A DNA stretch of 64,000 bases from Octopus vulgaris (GCA_951406725.2 OX597832.1:67146001-67210000); one strand, 5' to 3'; shown: positions 45,110-59,694, numbered from the stretch's first letter. Numbers and translations are program-made. The notes: generated by a model from the letters alone, not told the origin.

Positions 45110-47747
45110 AACATAATGGGAGTGACAAAAGAAAAGATCCATGGTGGGAAAGAATAATTCAGGCAGGGTTAGACATGCTCTCGAAGGAAATCACAGTGTT
45201 AGACCGAAAAGAGAAAGGGGGCTTAAAAGCGATCAAAATACAGGTCGTTTAAAAGGAAGTATAATATTGAAAGAAAGTAGTAGTGGAGGAACTGAAACAG
45301 CGCCTCGTTGCAAAGACAGCAAAGATGGTATGATACGACCAAAGAATGAATGGTTACACCAGAATAAGTTATTAAGAGTAGATCAGAAGAGTTTCTATGA
45401 AGAAATAAATGGAGAGTGTACAGATGAAAAGTTGATACAAGATAACATTGAAAGTCAGAGATTCTGAAGTGACATCTGGAGCAAAGACAAGGAGCACAAG
45501 GATGCTGAACGGTTGCAAGAACTGAACCAAACAGTAGTCTGTCCAAAACAGACAGAATTAGTCACTTCAGAGAAGTGATAGAAATCACCAGAAAATGAGC
45601 AACTGGAAGGCCCCGAGACCTGATGGAGTTCAAGGCTACTGAATCAAAAGATTTGGTGAATGCCATGCACGAATAGCTGCGCAATTCAACACCTTTTTAA
45701 ATGGCGACAAGCAACACCAAAGTGGTTGGCATTAGGTAGGACAGTGCTGTGTCTGAAAAACATCGAAAAAGGCAGTACGATAGACAATTACAGGCCGATG
45801 CCCTGTTTGCCACTTATGTGGAAGTTATTCACTGGAATACTCACAGAGTCAATGTGCAAACATCTAGAAAAAATGGAGTCCTTCCACATGATCTGAAGTG
45901 TTGCAAGCGTAAGTGCAGAGGGACCAAGGATCAACTCCTGATAGATAAAACTGTACTCATAGACTGCAAGAGGAGGAAAAGCATGGATGGATTATCGTAA
46001 GGCGTACGATATGATCCCACATTCTTGGATTATGGAGTGTATGAACTTATTTGGTATTGCATCGAATATTGAGCGATTGATTGGAAAAAGGATGGCGAAT
46101 TGGAGGACGGACCTGACAGCGTACGGAAGAAGTTCAGGGACGGTAGAAATTAGGAGGGGCATATTTGTACTGTGCTTGATACTGAGGAAAGCAAAAGCTT
46201 GGTATGTATTCAAAATCCGCCAGCAAAAAGTCAACCATTTGTTATTCATGGAACACCTCAAACTTTATGGTAAAGATTAATCCCAAGTCAGTTCCCTCGT
46301 TGAGACGGTGCATATCTTCAGTGCTGATATCGGAATGGAGTTCGAACTGAGAAAGTGCGATGTGTTACACTTGAAGAGAGGCAAAAACAAATGTATGGAC
46401 GCGCTAACGATACCGTCGGGGGAGGTTATGAAGAAGATAGAAGAGACGGGCTATAAGTACTTTGGAATTGGGGAAATGGATAAATTGATGGAGAAAGAAA
46501 TGGCAGAAAAATCTAAGAAAGAGTACTTGCGCGGACAGAGGCTGATACTTAAGTCGAAATTAAATGGGTGGAATAAAATCGAAGCTATCAACACCTGGGC
46601 AGTTTCATTCCTTAGATATAGAGCAGTGGTACTCGCATGGACAGTAGACGAACTAAACATCTTTGACAGAAAGACAAGGAAGTTGCTAACTAGATACGGG
46701 TCACTCCACCCAAATAGTGACATAGACAGACTGTATGTACCAAGATAAAAAGGAGTGTTCATATTGGATATGAACACAGCAATAGAGCAGAAGAAAACAA
46801 CATAGCATGATATGTAAAAAAAATGCCACAGAACCGCTATTATTTGAAGTAGAAAGGTCAGGTTTGTGCAGGATGAAAGATTGCAAAGATAAAACACTAT
46901 ACCAGAAATTAAAAACGAATGATACTGAAAATAGGTGGATAAAGAAAAGAATGCATGGTCAATTTCATAGGGATGTTGAAGATAAGAAAGACTGAGAAAA
47001 AATGTCTGTGGATGACTAAAAGTTATTTAAAACCGGAAACAGAGGCTCTAATATGTGCTGCCCAAGAGCAAGCACTAAGAACAAACTACATAAAATACGG
47101 ATTAGACAAAACAGCAGAAAGTGATTAATGCAGAAGCTGTGGACAAAACGGTGAAACCGTATGGCATATTTCCAACCAATGTACGCCACTAGCCCAGAAG
47201 GAATATAAGAGACGTCATGACAATTGTACTGTAGACGCTCTGCAACAAGTATGTATTTGACAGAGCAAAAAATTGAAGGCATTATCGAAAATAGAAATGA
47301 AAAGATCCTATGGCATTTCATAATTCAGTGCCACCAGGAGATTGAGAATATGAAGCCGGACATAGTCTTAATTGAGAAAAAAAACAAACTATGCTGGATC
47401 ATAGATATAGCATGTCCGGCTGATAAAAAGTTATGCGATGAGGAAGAAAGAAAAGTCGAAAGATATGACAGGTTAGCTTGGGAAGTTGAGCAGTGGTGGT
47501 CAATGAAAAAGGTAGCAGTAGTGCCAATAACTGTCGGAGCTCTGGGAATAGTGAGCAAAAATCTCGAGAAGTACGCGGAACAAATTGGAGCTGCCATATG
47601 AGTGAAGCACTCGCAGAAAACATCACTGCTTGGAACCTCTCGAATACTCCGCAAGGTGCTCAAAAAATAAGAGGTGTTACCTTCGTTCACTTGTAGTGAA
47701 CAGCTGACACCGTAGTACAACTCCAGCGTTAGAAGCTGTGCAAAAGC

Positions 47748-47795
<48 letters not shown>
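45110..47795 (+). mobile_element. R4/Dong-type non-LTR retrotransposon relic (RT, CCHC finger, RLE) with (TAA)n tail
   Basis: [57 protein letters not shown]...ETVWHI...YKRRHD, KPDIVLIEK, IIDIACP; many stops; tail 47748-47795. Confidence 0.88.
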
Positions 47796-47796
<1 letters not shown>

Positions 47797-48061
47797 GTAA
47801 CTAGAATGTGGAATCTGAAAACAGAAACAATTCCTATCATAGTAGGCGCATTAGGCATGATAAAAAAATATTCAGACAAATACATAACAAAAACACCAGG
47901 ACTTACAAACACATATAACATACAGAACATTGCACTACTAGGCACTGCACACATCCTACGCAGAACACTTTCCATACAATAACCATCAGAGCATCACAAC
48001 AAATCACAGCACATAGCTGCGCTCGGCAGTGAAGTGAAAGCACGCTATAAAAATAAAACTA

Positions 48062-48152
<91 letters not shown>
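47797..48152 (+). mobile_element. Short 3' fragment of a different R4/Dong-type family, with its own (TAA)n tail
   Basis: RMWNLKTETIPIIVGALGMIKK...NIQNIALLGTAHILRRTLSIQ*, then 3' UTR and (TAA)n at 48066-48152. Confidence 0.8.
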
Positions 48153-48155
<3 letters not shown>

Positions 48156-49849
48156 TGTCATAACTGGTACGTCACACGTACTGAGTAGATGATCATTGTC
48201 GATGTGAATTTTCTTTCCCTTCCCCCTTCTTTTCCTTTTTCTCTTTGTCTTTCTTCCCCCTTTTTCTCCATCACATGACTTTGTAAATGAACAATCTGGT
48301 GTGTTTATTTTAATGACCTACCAATGTCTACTGTACGTTTCTCTGCCCGAGGTGTGAGGAAGACACTCGGCAAGAAATGGAAACAGAAATGAAAGATGAT
48401 TATGGAAAAATAATTAAAATAATCCATGGATTGGAATTTATAAATATTTTAATGCATCGTTGCGCGCGTTTCCATACTTCATTTGTTACTTACGATCATA
48501 GTCCATGTGACACCGCGTGGATCATATTCATGCGTTCATTTCTTCATGCGATATGAATGTATGTGTTGTGTGTGTATACACGCATTAACACATGTATGTA
48601 CATATATGTGATGGCCTTCAGGCGTTGTGTGATTTTGTAAGTGTGCGCATAATAATTAATCACACATAATATTTATGCGTGTGCCTCTGTGCGCGGTTTT
48701 TTTTGCATTAATATATTTCTCAATATTTTATATTTCTACTATATGCGTAAAATAATATCTTTGCAATTTCTAAGATAGTGCGCTCTTTCTAATTCCATAA
48801 CTGCTCAGTGTTGGTTTAAAAGCTATTATGAAGCATTATCGGTTGAAATTCATGTTTGATGTTCTATAAAATACGGTAACCTGACGATGTTATATTTGTT
48901 TGTTTCTTAAGAGAAGCCGAAGTATTACAGTTGAATATTTTCATGAACGCAACCAAATATTTACACATGAAATTCTTTTGTGGCATTTAACGGTTAGACA
49001 AGTATTTAAAGGATACACTAAATTGAGACGCACGTGATTTCGCAAACAGCAGATAAATTAAAGCATCATTGTATTTATAATTCCGCATGGATACATACCC
49101 AAAAAGGTATGCATACATACTACACACACACATAAATAATATCTATACGTATGTATGTGTGTGTATGTATGTGCATGTGAGTGCGTGTGTATGTCCATGT
49201 GAGTGTGTGTTTATGGTTGGAATGTGTATGGAAAAAATATCATTTAAGTGTATAGGCGAAAGACTGAATACAGAAGTTTTAAATACATGGTGGCATAACT
49301 TAATCATAACACCAACAATACATGAAACATTTATACCCTTACACACACATACACACACATGTATGCATGTGTCTGTATATACATATATGTGTGAGTGTTC
49401 TTGTGTATATATGTGTGTGTTTATATATACATATATATATATATGGTTTTAATGCATAATGCATATTCCTGTTTAAAGCTAAGAGCTGGCAGAATCGTTA
49501 GCACACCGGGAGAAAAGCTTAGCATTATTTCGACTGCCATTACATTATGGGTTCAATTTCCACCGATGTCAAGTTTGCCTTTCATCATTTCGCCTGGCAC
49601 AGCAAACATAAATCGTAGCTTCGTACGAATGGCTTACACAAGAATTACAATTTCACCGTATAGTTGAGCGTATTCTACACAGAAAATACTAAATTACATC
49701 ATGAGACAATGATATACATGGTACTTATACAGTATTCATAAAATTCTTGAGGTAACAATTATGTATTTATTTTCTACTTACAAAATTGTATACCGTGTCG
49801 TTTCTTCAAATTTTAGTGCTTGCGGTACAAACGATAACTTATATGGCCA

Positions 49850-50078
49850 TATCTTTTGATCTTTTACATGTTTCAGTCATTTGAGTGTGGCCATGCTAGG
49901 GTACCGCTTTAAAATTTTAGTCGAATGTATCGACCGCACAACTTGCCTTTTTTAAAGTCTCGTAATTACTTTATAGATGACTTTCGCCGAACCGCTAAAT
50001 TACGGGGATAGAAAAACACCAACACTCGTAGTCAAGCGGTGGGTGGGAAAAAACATACAAAAAGACATACACACAGGC

Positions 50079-50080
<2 letters not shown>
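49850..50080 (-). mobile_element. SINE 3' half
   Basis: gtttcagtcatttgagtgtggccatgctagggtaccgc...gccgaaccgctaa. Confidence 0.8.
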
Positions 50081-50159
<79 letters not shown>

Positions 50160-51239
50160 TAGATAGATGTGTGAATACCTCTAGACGATGAAATAGGCTA
50201 GCCTAATACGTAGATATAGAGGGAGAAGTCTAGACGTCGGGAGTTGGGTTGATAGAGGTCATCCAAACGTGCGACATAACAGTGGCGACGAGGATTTCGT
50301 AGTTCACACAGCCACTATGTAGTATTGCGACACAACACAAGTCTACTTACGAAGATTTGGTAAGTTCACCCGTGTGTATATATGCAGTTATGTGTACATG
50401 CATATTTGCTGACTTGCACTGTTACATGCACACACCCAAATGCACAAATACATGCACACAAACATAACATAACATATACATCTGTAGTGACGTGGGTGTG
50501 AGTGCGATACGGCAGACGACCACCCATGTCAGTATGACGCCATTTCAACCAACATGTCAGTAATTCGTCTGTAGATGGAGTTAGCATCGTTATGATATCT
50601 GAATTTTTATTCTGGTAGCCAGACATTATATCATTACACTGCTAATTGGGGTAAGAATTATAATTGATACGTAGAGTAGTGTCTTAATTGGTATAATTGA
50701 TCTAATTATCTATTTCAAACATAATTTCTTGTACGCGACACGCCGTCAAATATATCTCCGTCAACACCTTCCAAAATGATGATAATCAGCGTGTCGCAAC
50801 ATACAACAAGCAACATAAGAAATATATGCGTAGATAAATTATATAAAGGCTAATGAATTTATATGAATATATGTGTGTATAATGTAAGTAAATATGCTAA
50901 TATATGTGTATGTGTGTGGGTGTGCACATACATGTTTACAAACACTCAGACAATAGGCTTACGTACTATTCTTAATCTTACAAATTTCACTGACGGTATT
51001 ACTCATCTCGCATATTAATTATAAAACTTTCTCCAAAGTACTACACAGTCGGGTCGAACCGAAAACCACGCTCTTATGAAGTGTCCTTTTTAAGCATTTC
51101 ATCTCTTGCACTAATTCCTTAGCCAAAATTAACATGGACACAAATACGACAAGCTATACTTTAGATACATAGATAGATAGATACATACATGCATACATAA
51201 ATACACACATACATACATGCAAACATAATACAAAGAGTG

Positions 51240-52560
51240 ACTGTATTACCGCTGATAGAATACAGTATTGCAGAGACATATTCCAAGGGAACAGTCTCTC
51301 TGTGATGCTATTTATCCTTCCTGTAAACCCCTTGTCATTCATGTTAAGGAAGTCTGAAAATATCTCACTCGTTCACAAGGAAACAGAAATACCAAAATTA
51401 CACACTGTTTCTTTGTGGATGACTTGAAACTTTATGCAAAGAATATGCATGAGATGAAAAGAGCCTTACATAGTTAGAACATTCTCAAAGGATGTAGGTT
51501 TGGAGTTTGATCAGTATAAATGTTGTTATATGGTTATTAAAAGGCCGAAAACAATAAACCAGACTAGCAACGTCTCCATGGATGATTTGACTGTTTCCTT
51601 TATATCGGACGAGGAATGTTACAGGCATGTTGGGGTAGATGACAGCGTATCTTACAATGCCACCTGTAACAAAACACGTGACACAAGAATATTACAGCCG
51701 AATAAAGTAAATTTGGACCTCAAAACTCACTGTATTCCATAAAACAGTGGCCCATACTGTGTTTGCAGTGCCAGTACTCATGCCAACGTTTGGGCTGCTT
51801 GATTGGACGTTTCATAAAATCCGAGCCATTGATGTGAAAACTCGAAAAGTGCTAACAACTGCATATAATTTCCACATAAACAGTGAAAATTAAAACAAGG
51901 CAGCAGAGGCGTAACATCGATCCAATATGCCTTTGAATTTCGCATTATATCTCTTCGGCAATACCTTTTAATCTTCAAGTGTCAAAGTGCATCCTTTGAT
52001 CAAATTTGCGTACATGAGGCTGATAAAGTCATAAGACTTGAAGGCAGCTCCTTGAGTAACATTTCTTTGTCTGATAACCTGAAATGCACGCCCAAAGAAG
52101 TCGCACGCCTGTACCGCAACGTATCACCAAATGAAAGGATGAGCCTGAATGAGCAGAAAAGTATGAATGGATAGGTCAGTAGAAAGCTCCGAGATGATGT
52201 TAACATTGATCATCAAAGCAGTCTCTCAAGGACCAACAACATGATTACGATCTCCCACTTTGAAGAGTATGCGTTTGGAATCTAGGAACAGGAAATATCA
52301 ACGTAGTACCAGATACTCAAAAGGGATAGAGATGCAGGAAAAGCAAGAAAATGTGTTAACCGATGCAGACTTTGTTGGGCTAACAGCGAAGATATCAACC
52401 ACATAAAAGGCAATCATCCGAAAATATCATCACGGCATTACCTGCCGATGAAACATGATGTTGCCCTAAAATCTCTATAGTAAAATCCATTGGAAGGATA
52501 ACCCCGAGGACATGCAATCAAGAATCCCTGCTATTGATGTTGAAATTCCAATGAAGAAGA
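51240..52560 (+). mobile_element. Old R4/Dong-type LINE relic
   Basis: IFQGNSLS, FFVDDLKLYAK, FSKDVGLEF..YKC, EQEIST, CRLC....EDINHI; heavily mutated. Confidence 0.75.
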
Positions 52561-53725
52561 CTTGGACCTGGATGAGAAACTGTCTCTTTCTCTCTTGGTA
52601 AGAAATCTTAAAATAAAACTGAACAACTGCATGCATAAATGCATACGAAAGTATTTACGTACAAAGATACATACATACATGCAAACATATACATACAACA
52701 TACATACAAACATACATAAAAACAAACATACATACAAGCATACATATATACATGCAAATGCATAATATAAACATAATACATACATACAAACATACATGCA
52801 TGTATGCATAAAATCATACATAGATACGTATGTATGTCTATGCACTTCGGCGGTGTATGTGTGCCAAGTCTATAGCCATCGGACCATCCAGTGCTGCAGA
52901 GTGATGTCTTTCATTATATCAGCTCGGCATCGATTTACACGCTCTCCACCGCTCTCACTCTCACTGCCAGACACCCTAGGAAACAATTAGTATTTGGTCC
53001 CGTTCTCAACCTTAAACCAGACACGCTGCTGTTCACTAATTACGATATAAATATCTAAAAGATAATGGCGTATCATGGCGAGACAGTGCATTTAATTTCG
53101 AAGAGTTTTATGACTCTAGTCATATATATTTGTAGGTATGAGGTAAACTTACATTCTCTGAAGAACTACATGATACTACACGATAAAGTATTATGTGTCT
53201 GATAAATACTATGGTGCTGCTATAATATTGACAAATGCGTAACGAGAAAAGAAACAGAATCTAAAATAATTGGTATTTTACATCAAGAAAATGTATTAAA
53301 CGCAACAATATGCAAGGACATGTCTTTTCCGCTGTACAGTTCATTTACCAATATCTTAATATGTTTACAGAGTACACAAATTTCGATTCAAACCGAGGAT
53401 TTGCCGAAGGATACACAGAAAGAAAATTATGTAACCGATCAGTGTATGATAATTCGTTCAAGTTGCTTTCAGCATTGGAGTCATTCTTTACTAAAATCAT
53501 TTTAATAACCATTCCGTAGTTCGAAGCGTTTCATCACATCTCTCAGCGCAACTTAGCAACACAAAACCGATTCTTTATATGGCCATGGTTTAAGACACTG
53601 TTTATTTTATAACTCGTCTGTTGCAAATTTATTCACAGAAGCAAATATCGGTTTTACACATACATAAAACACACACACACATATACACAGAGGCACACCC
53701 ACAAGCGCGCACAGTCACGCATACA

Positions 53726-53777
<52 letters not shown>

Positions 53778-54740
53778 GACACACACACACACACACACAC
53801 ACAGGCACATACACACACACACATATATATACAAATACCTCAAACAGAAATATACATACATTTTATGAATAAAATAATACGATATATTAAATATATTATA
53901 ATGTACGTGCCCTAAAGGCAAATTAATGAACAAGGGTACAAAAAAGTACCAGCATTACTAGAAATAACAGTTAAAGACAGATAGCACTAACTCCATGAGT
54001 TGAAGAATGTGAGGGAGCCTGAATGCATCTTAACTTAGGGAGACAAACTCACTTCATTTGTGAATTTGTCACACCAAGGTAAGGTGCTTTCTTTCTTCTT
54101 CTCTTTCGCTAACTCACAGAAATTATTCACTCAACAGACAACATCCTAAAACTTAGGGATGATAACTTGTCTCACTGCCTACGTAAGCAATATTTTACAC
54201 TCAATACTTTGAAGAAGACCCCCTATAAAAGATGGTAACTACAAACAAAGGCACTCCTACAACGAGAACCCCACCATATACACACACATCACACAAACGT
54301 CATTCCACAATAAAGAAATGTCACAAACTCCACACAAACAAGATATAAGACGCAATATGCAAGTACAAAACACCATAATCAGAACAAGATCAAACAAATT
54401 ATGAAAAATTAAGGAACTTAACGAAAATACAAATCCAAGGGAGACAAACTCAAAAAAATGCCTTATGGAGTAGCGTCCGTCAATTCATTTGTTCATTGCC
54501 TCATTTATACGAATTTACAAGAAATCCCGGGATCGAAACGAGATTCTTTCTCCAAAATGGAGACGGACACATTTCTCCATGTGAACGGGTTGAAAAATTG
54601 TTAAAGTACATGGATATATTTCCCTACACTTCTTAACATGAAACCAGTGGTGGTCTTAATTCACAAATAAAGAAATTATTTATCCACCAATGCGGTGTTG
54701 AGCATTCATGTCATCGTTCTACACATACGTATATATATAT

Positions 54741-55411
54741 ATGAAAGAATGGAGTTGAACGACGACTTAACAAAATTCCTTTATTTTCGAGATATGTTTC
54801 GAAGGCTGCATATTTCTAATTGCGAAGGAATAAGGAGTATATTATGCCGCTTTCTCATCAGGAAAAGCAAGGAACTTATGTCAACATCAAGATGTACAAA
54901 AAACTTTTAGATGACTGCTCACACGGAGCCCATAGTGACAATGAGTGTCTCTTTAAAACACAATCACGCGCACACATACACACACACACACCCACATTAA
55001 TGCCGTTATATATAGTCACACACACAGACACTCATTCACAAAAAAAAAATTCACCATTCATTTGAACTGCACCCTTTCACCTTCCTATTCTTATGCCTCT
55101 CTTCTCCTACTTCGTTTGAACCCTTGAACCTTTAGGACATTCTAGAATCTTCAACATCCAACGATTTTGACGTCACTCCTTATAAAGAAATTTTCTTAAA
55201 GAGACACTCCTTATCACTATGGGCTCCGTGTGAGCAGTCATCTAAAAGTTTTTTGTGCATCTTGATGTTGACATAAGTTCCTTGCTTTTCCTGATGAGAA
55301 AGCGGCATAATATACTCCTTATTCCTTCGCAATTCGGAATATGCAGCCTTCGAAACATATGTCGAAAATAAAGGAATTTTGTTAATTCGTCGTTCAACTC
55401 CATTCTTTCAT
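54741..55411. mobile_element. ~215-bp inverted repeats (54741-54956 / 55196-55411), each carrying a hammerhead; Penelope inverted pLTR-like
   Basis: Arms are near-identical reverse complements around a ~240-bp spacer. Confidence 0.85.
55286..55368 (+). ncRNA. Type I hammerhead ribozyme (mirror copy on - strand at ~54783-54865)
   Basis: ttttc CTGATGA gaaagcggcata...tatgcagccttc GAAA catatg TC gaaaa; GUC cut after 55363. Confidence 0.8.
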
Positions 55412-55550
55412 ATATTTATATTTAAAAAGAACATTCAAATTTCCACACGAAAGCACGTAACTTCAAACGTGTCTTCTCTGATGTGAATTTGCTACCCAGG
55501 TATCGGTTAACCGAATTATCCTTAACAAGATAATTCATTCAACTACTCAA

Positions 55551-55619
<69 letters not shown>

Positions 55620-55849
55620 GCAAGTTAAAATAATGGTCATTACGTATATTTCTTTTATTGGAGCAAACATGGCTTACTTGTTTCCAGTAATTAGTATATG
55701 TGCATAACTGATAGATTTACTCTACTGGTCAATTTAGGAGAATTGAACGACCAAAGAAAAATAATGCTAATATTGTCGTAAGAGCTTGTTCTATCTCTCT
55801 CTCTCTCTCTCTCTCTCTCACTCACTCACTCTCTCTCTCTCTCTCTCTC

Positions 55850-55889
<40 letters not shown>

Positions 55890-55892
<3 letters not shown>

Positions 55893-57143
55893 GAAGGGGT
55901 ATATGTTCTACAAGTTTACACTTTTACGGCCTTCCAGCTTCAAAGTATTCGCCGTTTGAAGCAATGCATCGGTCCAGGTATGTTTTCCCATTTTCGATGC
56001 AGTCTTGGAACTCTGGCGAAGCAATGCCTTTTAAAACCTTCGTCGTTTTTTCTTCACTTCTTCGACATCTGCAAAACTTATTCCTTGAAGGACTTTTTCA
56101 TTCGGGGGAACGAAGAAATGATGCAGGGAGAAAGACCAGATGAATAGGGAGAATGGTTAAGCAGGGTCTTGCTATTTTTAGTCAAAAACTATCTCACACT
56201 CCATTTGGTCTCCGAACTTATTTGTCGTGATGAAACCACCACTCACCATTTTGTGACAGGTTGGGGCGTTTTCGTCTACCGCTTCTCGCAAATTCTTCAG
56301 AACTGCCAATTAAAATGTTTGGTTAACGGTTTGATCAGGAGGAACAAATTTTATGTTGACAATTCCTTTCGCATCGCTGAAAGAAATCAGCATCATCTTG
56401 ACATCGAACTTGACTTCCTGCGATTTTTAGGTGGCGTGGTGCCATTGAATGCGTCCATTGACTTGATTTTTTCTTCGCTTCCAGGGAGTAGCTGAAGCAG
56501 CCGTCTTTTCCACTAGTGACATCCTTTGATGTCCGTATCAACTTCCTACTGTTTTTTCAGTTAACGACACGCATTTAGCTCTGACTACTTTTGATTTTTC
56601 GCGAGCAAGCGAGATACAAATTTTTTTGCATCTCTTTTATTACAATTCCTCATTGAAATGTTGGTAGGAGCTCCAGGATACACTCGTCGCATCAATAAGT
56701 TCGTCAATTTTTCGACGACATTCCTTCGAAACCAGTTCATGAATTTTCGCGATGTCTTCCTCCGTTCGGGAGTTCGAGGGTCGCCCTGAACGCGATTGGT
56801 CTTCAAGCGAGGAGTGACCATTCCTAAAGTGTGAAAACCAATCGTAAACTTCTGTTTTTCTCAGGACCGCGTCAGTGTAAGTTGTTTGAAGCATGACAAC
56901 TGTTTCCAGAATTTCTGGGAAGCACACTGATTCTTCGTTTCAGCCATTGCAAAAATCGGCGAACAGGGAAGAACCACTGCAAAACAAAGACGCACCACGT
57001 GGCAATATGACTTTGTACGACACCGCAGGTCGGCAGTCTAATGCCTGAAGGTCGCATCAAGAGGCTTCTGGCAGCGAAAGCCAGAAATACAAAGGGCTTG
57101 TCCCACAGAGACCGTTTTCGTTTACGTTTTGATACCTCTCGTA
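55890..57143 (-). mobile_element. Degenerate mariner element (~1.25 kb)
   Basis: VYDWFSHF...LEDQSRSGRP, AKKFVSRLL, FADVEEVKK; ends tacgagaggtatcaaaa (minus strand) and tacgaaggggta, flanked by TA. Confidence 0.8.
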
Positions 57144-59080
57144 TATGTATGCATATATACACACAATCTGTTTGCTAATATTTTCCTTCTTTCCAAAGTA
57201 GGAGTGCAAAACTTACTTTTATCATGAAAACCCTATGTAAGCGCATTGTTTTTACTCTCAGTGCTGTAAACCTCTCTAGCTACCGACGGAGCTTAGGATT
57301 CCTTTCGTCACACGAATACTGAATAACAATAATTCAGTAACATGCGCGTCACGAATTTGTCGTCTGATACATAAGAGTGCAAATAGTGGTAAGCGATTCA
57401 GAGAAGGAACAATGTTCCATGACTTGTAGATGTATATTTCAATTACTTCAGCAGCTGTCATCAATCCAGTACTTAAGGAAATAGTATTCAATATAATACT
57501 TTGTCCACAAGAACAAATCCAACGAAAGAGAAAGGACATGTCGTAAACTATGCAAGAATGGATTCAGTGATAATCCGAAACATTTATTGGCTTAACAGAT
57601 AATGTTTGATATTTCCTTGCGAAACATGTTTTGTGGATATTCTTTTCACAGATTTTCTTCGCTAGCTCAACAAACAAAATGTATTTCTGTAAAAGATCAG
57701 AAGAGAAATTTATCAACAGTTTGGAAAACTGGGATTGTATTATAATGGTATTCATTGGTTACGCTTCATACAGTGTTCTTACCGTATATCTTATGTGCCT
57801 AAATAAATAGTGGCAGAAATATCGATAGGGTTTGACTGCCATGTATAACAAAATCTATTGTGACGGTATCTTCACAACTGCAGAACTCGTAGACGAATAG
57901 GATAGCAGTTTCTTTCTCACTCCAATTTATGGATTTTTCAGAACATCTGCATTTGCAGGAAGATACGTTGCGTAAAACTGTCTCGTACTTTAAAAATATA
58001 TCTAAAAGGAAAAAAAAAGCCAAAAAACAAATCAAAAAAGAAACAAATACATACATCTTTCAAACTCTTATCTTACCCAATTCACATGGATGATAAATGT
58101 TTTTTATAACATATTTTACACTCTAAAATGCCTTGGTCATGTCAAATGTTTACCATTATACATTAATATTCATTAAGCGATATTATTTCAGAGAAGATTT
58201 GCATGTTTATAGAGAGAAATTGCTTTTTTAATAAAATTAACATTATTTAAATTATTGATTAATATCTATTAAGTGAAACAGAACAACACTGATTCAGTTA
58301 ACGTATATGATTTACGAGTCATCAGTTGAGACTACACTTACTTTTTAATTAGTCACTAAATGAGCTACTTTATGTTACATAGCTCTTAGATGCATTCATG
58401 AAGACGAAAATATTCTTGTCTTATATACAACATAGCCTCTTCAGAGTATTTAATTTGACAACGAGGATTGTTCATATAGAATCCATCACGTTTTGTGAAA
58501 TCATAGCTCGACAAACCAAGGAAGTCTATTTGGTAAACTTCCATCTGCAGGGTTTAATGATGCCAGCATTTAAATACAAAACAAGATTTTATGGTGAACA
58601 TAATCAAGACTGTCTACACAGGATGGTAGTCCTAATAATATTTCTATTGGTGTTTTTGATGATATCTTTCTTCTTTAAGTAAGCTATTATCAATGTCTTG
58701 TCTACAAAAAACGCCGTCGGGCTTATGTGGAAGATAATTAGTAAGCTGTGAGATTTATTCTCTTATTGAAGATAGAGAGAAAAAAATGAATGAAATTAAA
58801 TTAAATGCCTTCAACAAATAATTGCAGTTGAGTAGGTAGTTTGTAAGGATTGCAACAGACGGCTACCGTTCCTACCAAATATAAGGGATAGCAATTAACG
58901 TCTCACCAGCTGAATTCTATGGAAAGTTAGGTAGTATTAACTTAGTACTCTACTGTTGGTCTGGATGAGCAGCTGGACTGAATTTCTATCTTATTACAAA
59001 GTTTTCGCATTCTTTAAGCTTTGCGGTATTATATTGATAGATTCCGAAATGTTTGGATGAACAGAAATCGGTCGTTATGT

Positions 59081-59261
59081 TACTCTTTACTCTTTTACTC
59101 TTTTACTTGTTTCAGTCGATCAAATCAACCCCGGGACTTATTCTTTGTAAGCCCAGTACTTATTCTATCGGTCTCGTTTGCCGAACCGCTAGGTGACGGG
59201 GGCGTAAAGACACCAGCATCGGTTGTCAAGCAATGCTAGGGGGACAAACACAGACACACAA

Positions 59262-59294
<33 letters not shown>

Positions 59295-59406
59295 CATATA
59301 TATGACAGGCTTCTTTCAGTTTCCGTCTACCAAATCCACTCACAAGGCATTGGTCGGCCCGGGCTATAGCAGAAGACACTTGCCCAAGATGCCACGCAGT
59401 AGGACT
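59081..59406 (-). mobile_element. 5'-truncated SINE flanked by a 41-bp direct repeat
   Basis: SINE body as at 4913-5309; 59040-59080 is identical to 59407-59447. Confidence 0.85.
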
Positions 59407-59694
59407 GATTCCGAAATGTTTGGATGAACAGAAATCGGTCGTTATGTGTGTATATTACAGAAATATATTTCGCTGAAAATTTACTCTCTCTCTCTCTCTC
59501 TCTCTCTGTCACACACACACATACAAACATATTGGCAAGTGTCTTTAACCTGAAATAACGTCAAATTCGGTGTATCACGATATCAGGCGTTATTAAACGG
59601 ACACTTTTTTTTATTACAAGGTCTGTTATGCATACATTGATCGTAAAATAGTAACACTACTATATTGATAAAACTAATATGTTTTATATAGGAA

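Noticed and set aside
47325-47975. 216-aa minus-strand ORF (likewise 1469..2017)
   Set aside because: Antisense shadow of R4/Dong fragments plus a microsatellite
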